A DNA stretch of 64,000 bases, from positions 3,607 through 67,606 of the forward strand of contig CAITPB010000195.1 of assembly GCA_903894145.1 (NCBI GenBank), given 5' to 3'. The position numbers were made by a program, and so were the translations under genes. Origin of the DNA: Candidatus Firestoneibacteriota bacterium. GTDB lineage: Bacteria; Oederibacteriota; D2-FULL-39-29; CAIOVX01. Positions within the stretch are counted from its first letter, which is position 1. Every line of letters starts with the position of its first letter. Below are positions 9,000 to 18,737 of the stretch, piece by piece. The notes below the pieces were generated by a model. It saw nothing but the letters and a program-made list of their open reading frames with translations, searched no databases and was not told where the DNA came from.

Positions 9000-10586
9000 C
9001 TATATTTTTACAAATTTTACTTCTTTTATATTGGGCAATTGGGCCATTTTCGCCTGGATTGCCTCATTTATTTCATGATCGACTGTCAAAACCATAGTTG
9101 CCACGCCGCCCGATGAGTTTCTCGCCATCTGCAGGCTGGCAATATTAATTCCTTCGCTGCCAAGGATTGAACCGATGCTTCCTACAAGTCCGGGTTTATC
9201 GTTATTTTGTATTACAAGCATCATTTCCGCCGGTTCAAGATCGATATCATAATTACGAAGCTGCACTATCCTTTTGTTCTCGCGGCCGAACACCGTCCCG
9301 GCTATTGAGAAAACGCCGTTTTCAGTTTCCAATTCAACTTTTACAAGGCTGGCATATCCGGAAGATTCGCTGGTTCTGGCCTCCGCTATTATTATGTTTT
9401 TATCTTTTGCTATAATCGGAGCGTTAACGAAATTCACGGATTCTTTGGCTATGCTGGTCAGCACGCCCTTGGTCACTGCCAGAGAAAGGACCGCAGTATT
9501 GTGATCAGCGATAAGACCGCGGTATTCGATATTTACTTTCTTTATTGACCCCGTGGCCAGGCGGGAAATTAACTTCCCGAGTATTTCACAAAGTTCAATG
9601 TATGGCTTCAGCTGTTTCAAGAGTTCTGCAGGTATGGCCGGTATATTTACCGCATTGCGAACTGTTCCGCCGCGCAAGGCGTCTATCATCTGGCCTGCAA
9701 CAGCTACGGATACGCTAACCTGCGCTTCTTCCGTGGAAGCGCCAAGATGCGGGGTGAATATTACCCGGTCCATCGTAAACAACTCCGCGTTAAGATCGGG
9801 CGGTTCAGCCTCATAAACATCCAGCGCTGCGCCGGCAACTTTCCCGGACTTTATGCCTGCTATTAACGCGCTCTCTTTTATTATTCCGCCCCGAGCGCAA
9901 TTAATAAGCCGGACGCCGTCTTTCATTTTGGAAATACGTTCTTCGTTTAGAAGGTGTTTTGTTTCAGAGGTTATCGGGGTGTGGACAGTAATATAATCCG
10001 CCAAAGCAAGCAACTTCTCAAGAGAGACTTTTTCTATTTCGTATTTTGCGGCCATTTCCTCGGAAAGGTACGGATCGTAAGCGATTATTGTCATATTAAA
10101 GCTTTTCGCGCGCACCGCAACCTCGCGGCCGATTCTGCCGGTGCCGATTATGCCGAGAACCTTCCCGAAAAGCTCAACGCCCATATATTTCTTTCTATCC
10201 CATCTTTTTGCCCGAATCGACGCGTCGGCTTGCGGGATGTTCCTGGAGAGCGCCATTATCATAGAGAATGTATGCTCGGCCGTTGAGATCGTATTGCCGT
10301 CGGGGGTGTTCATTACGATTATGCCTTTCTTTGACGCTGTCGGAACGTCAACGTTATCTACGCCTACGCCCGCTCTCCCTATTACTTTGAGTTTTTTTGC
10401 GGCGTCAAGTATTTCGGCAGTTACTTTTGTTTCCGACCTGACAGCCAGAGCGTCATATTCACCTATTATCGCTTTAAGTTCTTCAGGTTTTAGTTTATGT
10501 TTTACATCAACTTGTATATCCTTCTCTTTTCTGAAGACTTCTACGCCCTCTTCGGCTATAGGATCAGCAACAAGAACTTTATACAT
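9000..10586 (-). CDS. serA: D-3-phosphoglycerate dehydrogenase with C-terminal ACT domain
   Basis: 528 aa. 2-hydroxyacid dehydrogenase catalytic and NAD domains (GIIGTGRIG). A C-terminal allosteric-substrate-binding region plus an ACT region. Confidence 0.85.
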   Translation of the reverse strand: MYKVLVADPIAEEGVEVFRKEKDIQVDVKHKLKPEELKAIIGEYDALAVRSETKVTAEILDAAKKLKVIGRAGVGVDNVDVPTASKKGIIVMNTPDGNTISTAEHTFSMIMALSRNIPQADASIRAKRWDRKKYMGVELFGKVLGIIGTGRIGREVAVRAKSFNMTIIAYDPYLSEEMAAKYEIEKVSLEKLLALADYITVHTPITSETKHLLNEERISKMKDGVRLINCARGGIIKESALIAGIKSGKVAGAALDVYEAEPPDLNAELFTMDRVIFTPHLGASTEEAQVSVSVAVAGQMIDALRGGTVRNAVNIPAIPAELLKQLKPYIELCEILGKLISRLATGSIKKVNIEYRGLIADHNTAVLSLAVTKGVLTSIAKESVNFVNAPIIAKDKNIIIAEARTSESSGYASLVKVELETENGVFSIAGTVFGRENKRIVQLRNYDIDLEPAEMMLVIQNNDKPGLVGSIGSILGSEGINIASLQMARNSSGGVATMVLTVDHEINEAIQAKMAQLPNIKEVKFVKI

Positions 10587-10614
10587 TACCCCTCCGCTCG
10601 GGAAATTGTAACGT

Positions 10615-11763
10615 TTACTTTTTCAACAACTCTTCTATGACTGCTTTAACTCCCTTGCCGGTCTCTATCTTGGTTCCGAGTTCATTCAAGGCCATCTCCA
10701 CCGCCGCAATAGCCACTACAGCGTCAAACCTGTCAGTATAACCGAGATGCCCGACCCTAAACATCTTGCCTTTCATTTTTCCCTGGCCGCCGGCCATTGT
10801 TATACCGTAATCATCGCGTATTTTTTTATTGAGCGCGTCTCCGTCAAGCCCTTCCGGAGTCCAAACTGAGGTCACCGCGTTGCTGGGCGTTCCTTTCGCG
10901 AAAGCTTTAAGGCCGAGGGCTTTAATACCTGCCCTTACGGCAGCCGCAACTTTTGCGTGCCTTGCCCAAACATTCTCAAGCCCTTCTTCTTTTATTAGTC
11001 TGATCGATTCACGCAGCTGCAGAACAAGAGAGACGGAAGAAGTGTAAGGCGTATCCGGCAGTTTATCTTTTAAGAGCGCTTTGAGCGCCTGATCGTAACT
11101 GAAATAATATTTATTTATCTTGCTGGCAGGAAGCAGCGCTTTTGCCTTGTCGCTTAAAGCGACCATTGCAAGCCCGGGCGGTATCATCATTCCTTTCTGC
11201 GCCCCGACCACAACAACATCAACGCCCCACTCATCGGTTTTAAACTTTATCGCGCCCATTCCTGAAACAGCGTCAACAACCAGTACTGCCGGCGTTCCGG
11301 AAACAACCTTTGCGATAGACTCAATGTCATTTTCAACGCCCGTTGAAGTTTCGCTTAAAGTAGTGTAGACAGCTTTAACGTCATTATTCGCGGCAAGCGC
11401 TTCTTTAATCTTCTTTACATCTGAACCCTCGCCCCACTCAGAATAAATCTTGATTACATTAACGCCGTAAGCCTCAGCGATTTTGGCCCATCTTTCCCCA
11501 AACTGGCCTATCGCGGCAACAATAATATTGTCGCCTGGAGAAAGCAAATTAACAACAGCAGACTCCATGCCTCCCGTGCCTGCAGCGGGGAATATAAGAA
11601 TATCGTTCTTGGTCTGAAAAACATATTTAAGGCCTTCGTTGACCTCAGCGAAAGCTTTGCGGTATTCGGGAGTCCGGTGATGGATGATCGGCAGCGCCGC
11701 GGTTGCAAGGACGGTAGGAGGTATTTCTACCGGCCCCGGCGACATTATATAGCGTTTTTTCAT
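10615..11763 (-). CDS. class V aminotransferase (serine-pyruvate/AGXT family), probable phosphoserine aminotransferase partner of serA
   Basis: Start moved to MKKRYIMSPGPVEIPP (11763) behind a GGAGG RBS. SPGP N-terminus and a PLP-lysine region are typical of AGXT/SerC-like class V enzymes. It lies adjacent to serA. Confidence 0.7.
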   Translation of the reverse strand: MKKRYIMSPGPVEIPPTVLATAALPIIHHRTPEYRKAFAEVNEGLKYVFQTKNDILIFPAAGTGGMESAVVNLLSPGDNIIVAAIGQFGERWAKIAEAYGVNVIKIYSEWGEGSDVKKIKEALAANNDVKAVYTTLSETSTGVENDIESIAKVVSGTPAVLVVDAVSGMGAIKFKTDEWGVDVVVVGAQKGMMIPPGLAMVALSDKAKALLPASKINKYYFSYDQALKALLKDKLPDTPYTSSVSLVLQLRESIRLIKEEGLENVWARHAKVAAAVRAGIKALGLKAFAKGTPSNAVTSVWTPEGLDGDALNKKIRDDYGITMAGGQGKMKGKMFRVGHLGYTDRFDAVVAIAAVEMALNELGTKIETGKGVKAVIEELLKK

Positions 11764-11892
11764 ACTGCCTCCGTTTCTTGTTTTCGTTATGAACGTTATT
11801 TTGCTCTGCCAGACGCAGTCCGGCATGAAATATATTCTACTTATCAACAGGACACCTGAAGCGTGTCCTGCAAACTTATAAACTTTTACTAT

Positions 11893-13131
11893 TTACGCCG
11901 TCTTCTCTTCCTTCTCAAATACCAGCGCAGGTTTCTCGTTATTCAATATTACTTCACCCGTTACCACGCATTCCTTGACATCTTTCCTGCTTGGTATCTC
12001 ATACATTACTTCCAGCATTGCCTCTTCCAATATGGCTCTTAAACCTCTTGCACCGGTTTTCCTTTTTATTGCCTGTGCCGCGATAGCGTCATAGGCGTCC
12101 GGCGTGAACTCAAGTTTGACTTTTTCCATCTGAAAGAATTTTTTATACTGTTTTACAACGGAGTTCTTAGGCTCGGTAAGAATCTTCTTAAGATCTTCCT
12201 TGTTCAAGTCATGCAATCCGGCAACAACCGGGAATCTTCCGACAAATTCAGGAATAAACCCGAACTTAAGAAGGTCATCCGGCTGCACCAGCTGGAGTAT
12301 GTCGCTTCCGTGCGCTTTTTCTTTCGCGATTACCCCAAAGCCATACGACTTGTCGCTTACACGGCGTTCTATTATTTTCTCCAGGCCTACAAACGCGCCA
12401 CCGCAGATAAAAAGTATATTAGTCGTGTCAACCTTTATGTACTCCTGCTGAGGGTGTTTTCTTCCTCCCTGAGGCGGTACATTGGCTATGGTACCCTCGA
12501 GTATCTTAAGCAGTCCCTGCTGAACGCCCTCACCTGAAACATCGCGCGTAATTGAAGCATTCTCGGATTTGCGCGAGATTTTATCTATCTCGTCAATGTA
12601 GATGATGCCTTTTTGGGCCTTTTCGACATTGTAATTCGCGTTCTGAACAAGACGCAGTATTACATTCTCAACATCCTCACCGACATATCCTGCTTCCGTG
12701 AGGCTTGTAGCGTCGGATATCGCGAAAGGCACATTGAGTATTTTTGCAAGCGTCTGCGCGAGCAGGGTTTTACCGGTCCCCGTGGGCCCAATAAGCAAAA
12801 CATTGGATTTTGAAAGTTCAACGTCATCCTGGGGATTGAAGATTCGCTTGTAATGATTATAGACGGCTACGGAAAGAATCTTCTTGGCCTTATCCTGTCC
12901 GATGCAGTATTCATCCAGCATTTTTTTTAGTTCCGCGGGTTTTGGCAGGTCTTTCTTTTCACGCGAGGGCTCTGCGCGCGGGATATCTTCGGCTATTAAA
13001 CCGTTGCATCTTTCAATGCACTCATTGCAAATACACGCGTTTGAACCCGACGAAACCATTCGTTTAACCAGGTCATGCGGTTTCCCGCAAAAAGAACATC
13101 TTGTAGAATCTTTGCCCTTGTTTTCAGGCAT
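11893..13131 (-). CDS. clpX: ATP-dependent Clp protease ATP-binding subunit ClpX
   Basis: N-terminal C4 zinc finger (CSFCGK...CNECI). Walker A GPTGTGKT. Sensor and GYVG pore loop. Confidence 0.95.
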   Translation of the reverse strand: MPENKGKDSTRCSFCGKPHDLVKRMVSSGSNACICNECIERCNGLIAEDIPRAEPSREKKDLPKPAELKKMLDEYCIGQDKAKKILSVAVYNHYKRIFNPQDDVELSKSNVLLIGPTGTGKTLLAQTLAKILNVPFAISDATSLTEAGYVGEDVENVILRLVQNANYNVEKAQKGIIYIDEIDKISRKSENASITRDVSGEGVQQGLLKILEGTIANVPPQGGRKHPQQEYIKVDTTNILFICGGAFVGLEKIIERRVSDKSYGFGVIAKEKAHGSDILQLVQPDDLLKFGFIPEFVGRFPVVAGLHDLNKEDLKKILTEPKNSVVKQYKKFFQMEKVKLEFTPDAYDAIAAQAIKRKTGARGLRAILEEAMLEVMYEIPSRKDVKECVVTGEVILNNEKPALVFEKEEKTA

Positions 13132-13138
13132 TAAAACC

Positions 13139-13741
13139 TCACTTGGGTTTTTCGGTTACCGTCACCCGGTTTACAATTATCTCATCAACAAGACCGTAGC
13201 TCTTCGCTTCTTCCGCTCCCATAAAATAATCCCTGTCTGTGTCTTTCCTGACGCGCTCTATCGCCTGTCCGCAGTGTTTTGCAATTATCCCGTTCAGATT
13301 CTCTCTCATTTTGAGTATTTCTTTTGTGTGAATCTCAATATCGGTCGCCTGGCCCTGTGTGCCTCCAAGCGGCTGGTGAATCATAACCCTCGCGTTCGGG
13401 AGGGCAAATCTTTTCCCTTTCTTTCCGGCGCAAAGGAGCACGGCTCCCATGCTAGCCGCCTGTCCGACGCAAATTGTCGAAACCGGCGATTTAATGTACT
13501 GCATAGTGTCATAGATTGCCAGCCCGGAAGTCACAACGCCTCCGGGACTGTTCACATACATAAATATCTCTTTCCCCGGATCTTCGCCGTCAAGGAAAAG
13601 CAGCTGGGCTGTAATCAGGTTTGCCACATAATCATCGATGGGGGTTCCGAGGAATACTATTCTTTCCTTAAGCAAACGCGAATAAATATCATAGGCGCGT
13701 TCTCCTCTGTTTGTCTGTTCAACAACCATCGGTACAAGCAT
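13139..13741 (-). CDS. clpP: ATP-dependent Clp protease proteolytic subunit
   Basis: 200 aa. GQAASMGA active-site serine region and a His-Asp triad context. Confidence 0.95.
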   Translation of the reverse strand: MLVPMVVEQTNRGERAYDIYSRLLKERIVFLGTPIDDYVANLITAQLLFLDGEDPGKEIFMYVNSPGGVVTSGLAIYDTMQYIKSPVSTICVGQAASMGAVLLCAGKKGKRFALPNARVMIHQPLGGTQGQATDIEIHTKEILKMRENLNGIIAKHCGQAIERVRKDTDRDYFMGAEEAKSYGLVDEIIVNRVTVTEKPK

Positions 13742-13761
13742 AGATTACCCCCTTGTTGCAG

Positions 13762-15057
13762 TTATTTCAGATCAGCGTTAAGCAGCAGGAAGTCCAGCAC
13801 CTTGTCCTGCTGAATCTGTCCACGCACGCTTTCCCTGCCCTTTTCCGACTTAAAGTACTCGCTCCAGGAATCTGATTCAGAACCAGACCTCGATAGGAAC
13901 GCGCTGATTTCCTTGTCAATATCGTCTTCCGAAACTGAAATTTTCTCAAGCTCAGCGACCTTTTCAAGGACCAGGAACCCTTTCACTCTCTTAACAGCAA
14001 TTTCCTTGTATTCTTTTTCCACATCCTCTTTCTTCTTTCCAAGCACTTCATAAGAAACATTCTGCTGCTTCATCCTGGTTTCAAACTCTTCGATGAGATG
14101 CGCCGCTTCACGGTCAATAAGCGACTGGGGAGCAGGGAAATCCAGGGATTTCACCATTTCTTCGACAATGACGTTTACTAGCCGCGCCTTTTCCTTTTGC
14201 TCTAGCTCTTTTTTTAGGCCGTCCTCAATGTTTTTCTTTAATTCTTCAAGAGTTTTAAACTCGCCTACATCCTTCGCGAAATCATCATTTAGTTCCGGCA
14301 ATTTCTTTTCCCTGAGGCTCTTGATAGTGACAGAGTATATTGCTTTCTTTCCCGCAAGATCTTTGTTAACAAAATCAGCTTTGTACTCAACGTTAATATC
14401 TTTTTTGTCGCCTATATTCATACCCGTAATGCCCGCGTCAAGTTCCGTCAAGACCTTATTGGTGCCAAGCTCAACAACATAGTCGCTGGCCGTCAGGTTC
14501 TTATCCGCAACCCCGTTTACGGTTCCGGTAAAATCAATCATTACAAAATCCCCGGTTTTTGCGGCCCTGCCTTCCACGGTTGAAAACTGCGCGAGTCTTT
14601 GTCTGAGGTAATCCAGCGACTTTTCCGCGTCTTCTTTCTTAACTTCAACAATTTCTTTCTTAGCTTTTATGCCTTTGTATTTAACCAGTTTAATCTCGGG
14701 TTTTATCTCTATCTTGGCCTTAAATTCCAGCGGCTGGCCCTGCTCAAATTTCAGATCTGTGATGCTCGGGAAGTCTATCGGGTTAAGGTTGAGCGTCTTA
14801 AGAGAGTTAATGTAAGCATCTGAAATTAGTTTATCAAGAACGTCCTTCTCGACTTTATCCTTGAAGTATTTTATGACCACAGGACGGGGAGCCTTTCCTG
14901 CCCTAAAACCCGGCACTTCAGCTACCAGCTGGAGGTTGCTGTACATGTTTTCGATCTCAACGAGCACGCGGTCTTTAGGCACGCAAATTTGGATAACCTT
15001 TTCACATTCCTTTTCGCTTACAATACTTGCTTTTGTATCATTCAAGATCTCTACCAT
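13762..15057 (-). CDS. tig: trigger factor
   Basis: Start moved to MVEILNDTKASIV (15057, GGGAGAG RBS). FRAGKAP ribosome-binding signature plus FKBP-type PPIase and C-terminal domains. Confidence 0.85.
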   Translation of the reverse strand: MVEILNDTKASIVSEKECEKVIQICVPKDRVLVEIENMYSNLQLVAEVPGFRAGKAPRPVVIKYFKDKVEKDVLDKLISDAYINSLKTLNLNPIDFPSITDLKFEQGQPLEFKAKIEIKPEIKLVKYKGIKAKKEIVEVKKEDAEKSLDYLRQRLAQFSTVEGRAAKTGDFVMIDFTGTVNGVADKNLTASDYVVELGTNKVLTELDAGITGMNIGDKKDINVEYKADFVNKDLAGKKAIYSVTIKSLREKKLPELNDDFAKDVGEFKTLEELKKNIEDGLKKELEQKEKARLVNVIVEEMVKSLDFPAPQSLIDREAAHLIEEFETRMKQQNVSYEVLGKKKEDVEKEYKEIAVKRVKGFLVLEKVAELEKISVSEDDIDKEISAFLSRSGSESDSWSEYFKSEKGRESVRGQIQQDKVLDFLLLNADLK

Positions 15058-15070
15058 TTCACTCTCCCGC

Positions 15071-15094
15071 AAAAAAAAATCCGCCTTCAGGCGG
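15071..15094 (-). terminator. hairpin + U9 immediately upstream of the tig RBS (leader terminator/attenuator or antisense insulator)
   Basis: On the minus strand, ccgcc-tgaa-ggcgg followed by nine U (plus A-run 15071-15079). It ends about 10 nt before the tig RBS. No same-strand gene lies upstream for about 900 nt. Confidence 0.4.
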
Positions 15095-15171
15095 TATTGT
15101 TCCTGATTATTAATTTTACCATACAAAAACGTGAAAAATCAAGCAAATACCCTCAAAACACGTGCATTCCA

Positions 15172-16068
15172 ATGCTTTCTTGCATTTATCTTACATTAGT
15201 GTTAACATTGCTTTCTATGGCCTACATTCACATTTTCATAGTAATAATGGGCATAACCTGTGTCGGTTTTTTCACAACCCTTGCCAGCCGGAAAGGGATA
15301 CCCGGCGGAGATATGGTTTTGTCTCTCTTTGGCCTATCAACGGTGATTGGTTTTGCGGTATTTCTACTTGGCAAGAAAGCGGCATTTTCAGCGGATACAA
15401 CCTGGATCGCTCTGCTAGCCGGTTTTGGCGGAGGCATTGCTTACTTTCTTTTCAATGCCGCGGTAAAGAACGGGCATTACGGTTTCTCCAATGCGATCTA
15501 TAGATCTTCCTACCTAATAGCCGTGGTATTCTCGGTTTTAGTGTTTAAGGAAAGAATTTCCTTGCTAAAAATTGCCGGCATTATCCTTACCACATCTTCA
15601 ATCTTCATTATATCTTACTCCAATGACAGCTTTACAAAAAACGCAAGAAAGACAGGCGCCCTCCGCTGGTTCGGAATAATACTGCTCTCTTTCTTTCTTA
15701 GCGCAATGCCGCGAATAGGGCAGAATACTGTTTCCGCATTCAAACTGGATAAGGCTTTCTACCTCTTTCTTTCCTACGCTCCGGCTGCCATGGTCTTTCT
15801 TGTCCTCGCAATCCGCAAAGGTTCATTCGACAAAAGAGCGCTGCTTTACGGCGGCATCGGGGCGATAGGGAGTTATGCCAGCGTCTACTCTACAATCTCG
15901 GCCATAAACAGTCTGGGAGGCGTAGTGGTTTTTCCAGTTACTTTAACCGGCCCGATAATACTGGGGTTGATACTCTCCGTCGTCTTCTTTAAAGAAAGGA
16001 TTAAGCCGCTGGGGTACGCGGGAATAGCGCTTGGGGCGGCGGGTATAATTCTACTGTCAAGTTCTTAA
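15172..16068 (+). CDS. EamA/DMT-family membrane transporter (roughly 10 TM)
   Basis: Start moved to MLSCIYLTLV (15172), because the longer ORF-track start would overlap tig. Polytopic hydrophobic protein with two repeated ~140-aa halves typical of EamA. The 3' end overlaps the rel 3' end by 12 nt (convergent). Confidence 0.6.
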   Translation: MLSCIYLTLVLTLLSMAYIHIFIVIMGITCVGFFTTLASRKGIPGGDMVLSLFGLSTVIGFAVFLLGKKAAFSADTTWIALLAGFGGGIAYFLFNAAVKNGHYGFSNAIYRSSYLIAVVFSVLVFKERISLLKIAGIILTTSSIFIISYSNDSFTKNARKTGALRWFGIILLSFFLSAMPRIGQNTVSAFKLDKAFYLFLSYAPAAMVFLVLAIRKGSFDKRALLYGGIGAIGSYASVYSTISAINSLGGVVVFPVTLTGPIILGLILSVVFFKERIKPLGYAGIALGAAGIILLSSS

Positions 16069-17493
16069 TTTTCCTACCGATTGCCTTATTTTTTGCCTTG
16101 CCTTGTTAGTCCTCACGAAGGTAAGCCAGTCGGGGTTCGGCCAATGCTTCTCGTTAACTAAAATATCAACAATGTCTCCCGTAACCAGATGATGTTTGAA
16201 CCCTACCATTTTGCCGTTGACCTTAGCGCCGACACAGTGTTCCCCAAGCGTGGTGTGAACGGCAAAAGCGAAATCAACCGGCGTACTGCCAGACGGAAGC
16301 TCTATAACCTCGCCTTTCGGAGTAAAGACAAAAACCTCATCCGTAAAAAGGTCGAGTTTTAGTGTGTCCATAAAATCTTTTGAGTCTTTTGAGGCCATAA
16401 GCCAGTCAAGCAGGTGTCTGATCCAACTGATCTTATTCTCAACTTTTTTGTCCCTCACTCCGCCTTCTTTGTAATACCAATGCGCGGCAATGCCGTACTC
16501 GGCGTCCTGGTGCATCTCATGGGTGCGTATCTGTATTTCCAGCGGCTCGCCTTGGGGACCTATCACATTTGTGTGAAGAGATCTGTACATGTTTGATTTG
16601 GGCATAGCGATATAATCGTCGAACTGACCCGGAATAGGTTTAAAGAGGGAATGAATGATGCCAAGTATTGTGTAGCAGTCTTCGACGCTTTCGGTTAGTA
16701 TCCTTACCGCTATAATATCGTAAATTTCGTCAAAGGTTTTGCCTGAACGGGTAATCTTTTGAAAAATGCTGTAAAAATGCTTCGCGCGTCCTGTAATAGT
16801 TGCTTTGATGTTCAGCTCTTTTAGTTTCTCTTCAATAATCTTTCTTACTTCCTGCACAAGAAAGTCCCTTTCGGCCCTTCTTTTCGCCACCATTTCGGAA
16901 ATCTCGGAATATTCCTTCGGATACAGGTATTTCATTGAGAGGTCTTCAAGCTCCCACCTGATGCTGCCCATTCCAAGCCTGTGAGCGAGCGGCGCGAAGA
17001 TATCCAGCGTTTCCTGGGCGTTCTCTTTTATCTTGTCTTCCGGCAGAAACTGCAGCGTCCTCATATTGTGCAGCCGGTCAGCGAGCTTGATGATGATAAC
17101 CCTGATATCCTTTGACATCGCCAGGAATATCTTTTTGAAGTTGTCAGCCTGCCGTATTTCCTTGTCAGGTTTGACCTTAAAAGAAAGTTTTGTCACACCT
17201 TCGACAAGCAGAGCAACCTGCTCCCCTGCTTCCGCCTTAATTTCTTCAAAAGAGAGCGTCGAATCTTCAAGAACATCATGCAGAAGTCCGGCGCAAACTG
17301 TATCGCTGTCCATCTTTAGCCCTGCAAGTATTTCCGCAACCGAATACGCGTGAGTGAAATAAGGTTCCCCGGACAGTCGTTTCTGCCCGGCATGCGCAAG
17401 ATCCGCAAGGTCGAAACACTTCTTCAATTTGTCCACATCGAGTTCAGTTTCGTAGACACGGAGAAGAGCTATGAGGGCATTTAGCTGTTCCAT
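16057..17493 (-). CDS. rel: short RelA/SpoT-homologue (HD hydrolase + ppGpp synthetase + TGS; no C-terminal zinc-finger/ACT-RRM domains)
   Basis: 478 aa. HD motif HDVLED. Synthetase motif YRSLHT...EIQIRT. TGS-like VFTPKGEVIELPSGSTPVDFAFAVHT. The protein ends about 60 aa after the TGS region. Confidence 0.8.
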   Translation of the reverse strand: MEQLNALIALLRVYETELDVDKLKKCFDLADLAHAGQKRLSGEPYFTHAYSVAEILAGLKMDSDTVCAGLLHDVLEDSTLSFEEIKAEAGEQVALLVEGVTKLSFKVKPDKEIRQADNFKKIFLAMSKDIRVIIIKLADRLHNMRTLQFLPEDKIKENAQETLDIFAPLAHRLGMGSIRWELEDLSMKYLYPKEYSEISEMVAKRRAERDFLVQEVRKIIEEKLKELNIKATITGRAKHFYSIFQKITRSGKTFDEIYDIIAVRILTESVEDCYTILGIIHSLFKPIPGQFDDYIAMPKSNMYRSLHTNVIGPQGEPLEIQIRTHEMHQDAEYGIAAHWYYKEGGVRDKKVENKISWIRHLLDWLMASKDSKDFMDTLKLDLFTDEVFVFTPKGEVIELPSGSTPVDFAFAVHTTLGEHCVGAKVNGKMVGFKHHLVTGDIVDILVNEKHWPNPDWLTFVRTNKARQKIRQSVGKLRT

Positions 17494-17500
17494 ACCTTCC

Positions 17501-17529
17501 TAAAAAGAAAGGGCCCGGATTCCGGGCCC
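17501..17529 (-). terminator. intrinsic terminator after secF, directly upstream of the rel RBS
   Basis: gggcccgg-att-ccgggccc 8-bp GC stem followed on the minus strand by UUUCUUUUU. Confidence 0.6.
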
Positions 17530-17535
17530 TTTAGG

Positions 17536-18732
17536 CTAATTCTTGACAGGTGCTTTCTGCGAATGATACTTCTCGTACTCATAGAGAATCGGGCTTGCCA
17601 CGAACCAGGACGAATAGGTACCGAGCACAACTCCGAACAGCAGCACTTCGGAGAACTTATGCAGCACCTCGCCGCCAAACAGCCACAAGGAAAGCGCCGC
17701 TATTAGCACTGTCACGCTGGTCATGATGGTTCTGCCAAGGACTTCATTGACGCTCGCGTTAATTATGATGTCGAAATTATCCCTTACGCGCAGCTTAAGG
17801 TTGTCTCTGATCCTGTCAAAAACAACAACCGTATCCGTCAAAGAATAACCGGCGATGGTAAGGATTGAGGTCATAATCAGAATACTGAATTCAATATTCG
17901 TGATATATACAAAACCTACCAGAGCAAAAATATCATGAAGCGTCGCGACCGCGGCCGAAACTCCGAAGAGGCCTCTTCCGGCAATCTTTGAGTCAAACCT
18001 TAAGAGTATATAAAGGGTTATCGCAAGCAAGGATATTATTACCGCAAAAACCGCCTGGCCTGTCAGCTTCTTGCTGATTGCGGGTCCGATATCCTCTGTT
18101 GAATCGCGTGTGAAAGCGCGTTTTGCGGGAAGATCGCGGTCAAGAAGCGTCTGAACTTTCGCTGTCAGTTCGTCAATTTTAGCGCCGGGCCGTCTTATCT
18201 TTAGTACAATTGTGTCTCCTACATTCTCGGCAGACGTTACCGCGAAACTCTTGTCAACCAGGTTCTTAACCTTAAAAGCCTCGACCTTGTTTACAAACCT
18301 AAAGGCAAGAACCACCTCTGCTTTAACCTGTTCAGCCTTTAAGACAACATATTGGGGAATAGCCGGGTATTTTTCGGCAAACATCTTCTCTATTTTGTCG
18401 CCAATTTCGCCGGTCTTTTCATCGGTCTTCTTCATCCTGATACTTGCTTTGTTCTTTGGCAGGCCTGCAGCTTCGGAGAAGGTCTGTATGCCGGCATCTT
18501 TAAGCCCGTTAGCGTCAAGTATCTGCCTTACCTGACCAATGTCCACCTCATTCTCGAATTTCAATGTTACTATAGTTCCGCCCGAAAAGTCTATTCCGAG
18601 GTTCGCGGTGCCGCGGACTATATTTATTATCCCGACAATGCCGGCAATCACCATTATGGCCGAAATAATATAGCCGAAGAATCTCAGCTTTATGAAGTTA
18701 ACGTTTGGATTCTTGAATATCTGTATCATCAA
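17536..18732 (-). CDS. secF: protein translocase subunit SecF
   Basis: 398 aa with six C-terminal TM segments and SecD/SecF family motifs. Confidence 0.85.
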   Translation of the reverse strand: MMIQIFKNPNVNFIKLRFFGYIISAIMVIAGIVGIINIVRGTANLGIDFSGGTIVTLKFENEVDIGQVRQILDANGLKDAGIQTFSEAAGLPKNKASIRMKKTDEKTGEIGDKIEKMFAEKYPAIPQYVVLKAEQVKAEVVLAFRFVNKVEAFKVKNLVDKSFAVTSAENVGDTIVLKIRRPGAKIDELTAKVQTLLDRDLPAKRAFTRDSTEDIGPAISKKLTGQAVFAVIISLLAITLYILLRFDSKIAGRGLFGVSAAVATLHDIFALVGFVYITNIEFSILIMTSILTIAGYSLTDTVVVFDRIRDNLKLRVRDNFDIIINASVNEVLGRTIMTSVTVLIAALSLWLFGGEVLHKFSEVLLFGVVLGTYSSWFVASPILYEYEKYHSQKAPVKN

Positions 18733-18737
18733 TCCTC

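Noticed and set aside
12884-13813. 309-aa plus-strand ORF spanning the clpX 5' end and all of clpP
   Set aside because: Antisense shadow ORF. The minus-strand translations are unmistakable ClpX and ClpP. The plus-frame product is low-complexity with no recognisable domain.
16057-17493. Rel being a pseudogene truncated by frameshift
   Set aside because: The sequence immediately downstream on the same strand has no extended alternative-frame ORF (only a 69-aa fragment). It is instead occupied by a coherent plus-strand 10-TM transporter, so the short Rel appears genuine. Still flagged as a finding.
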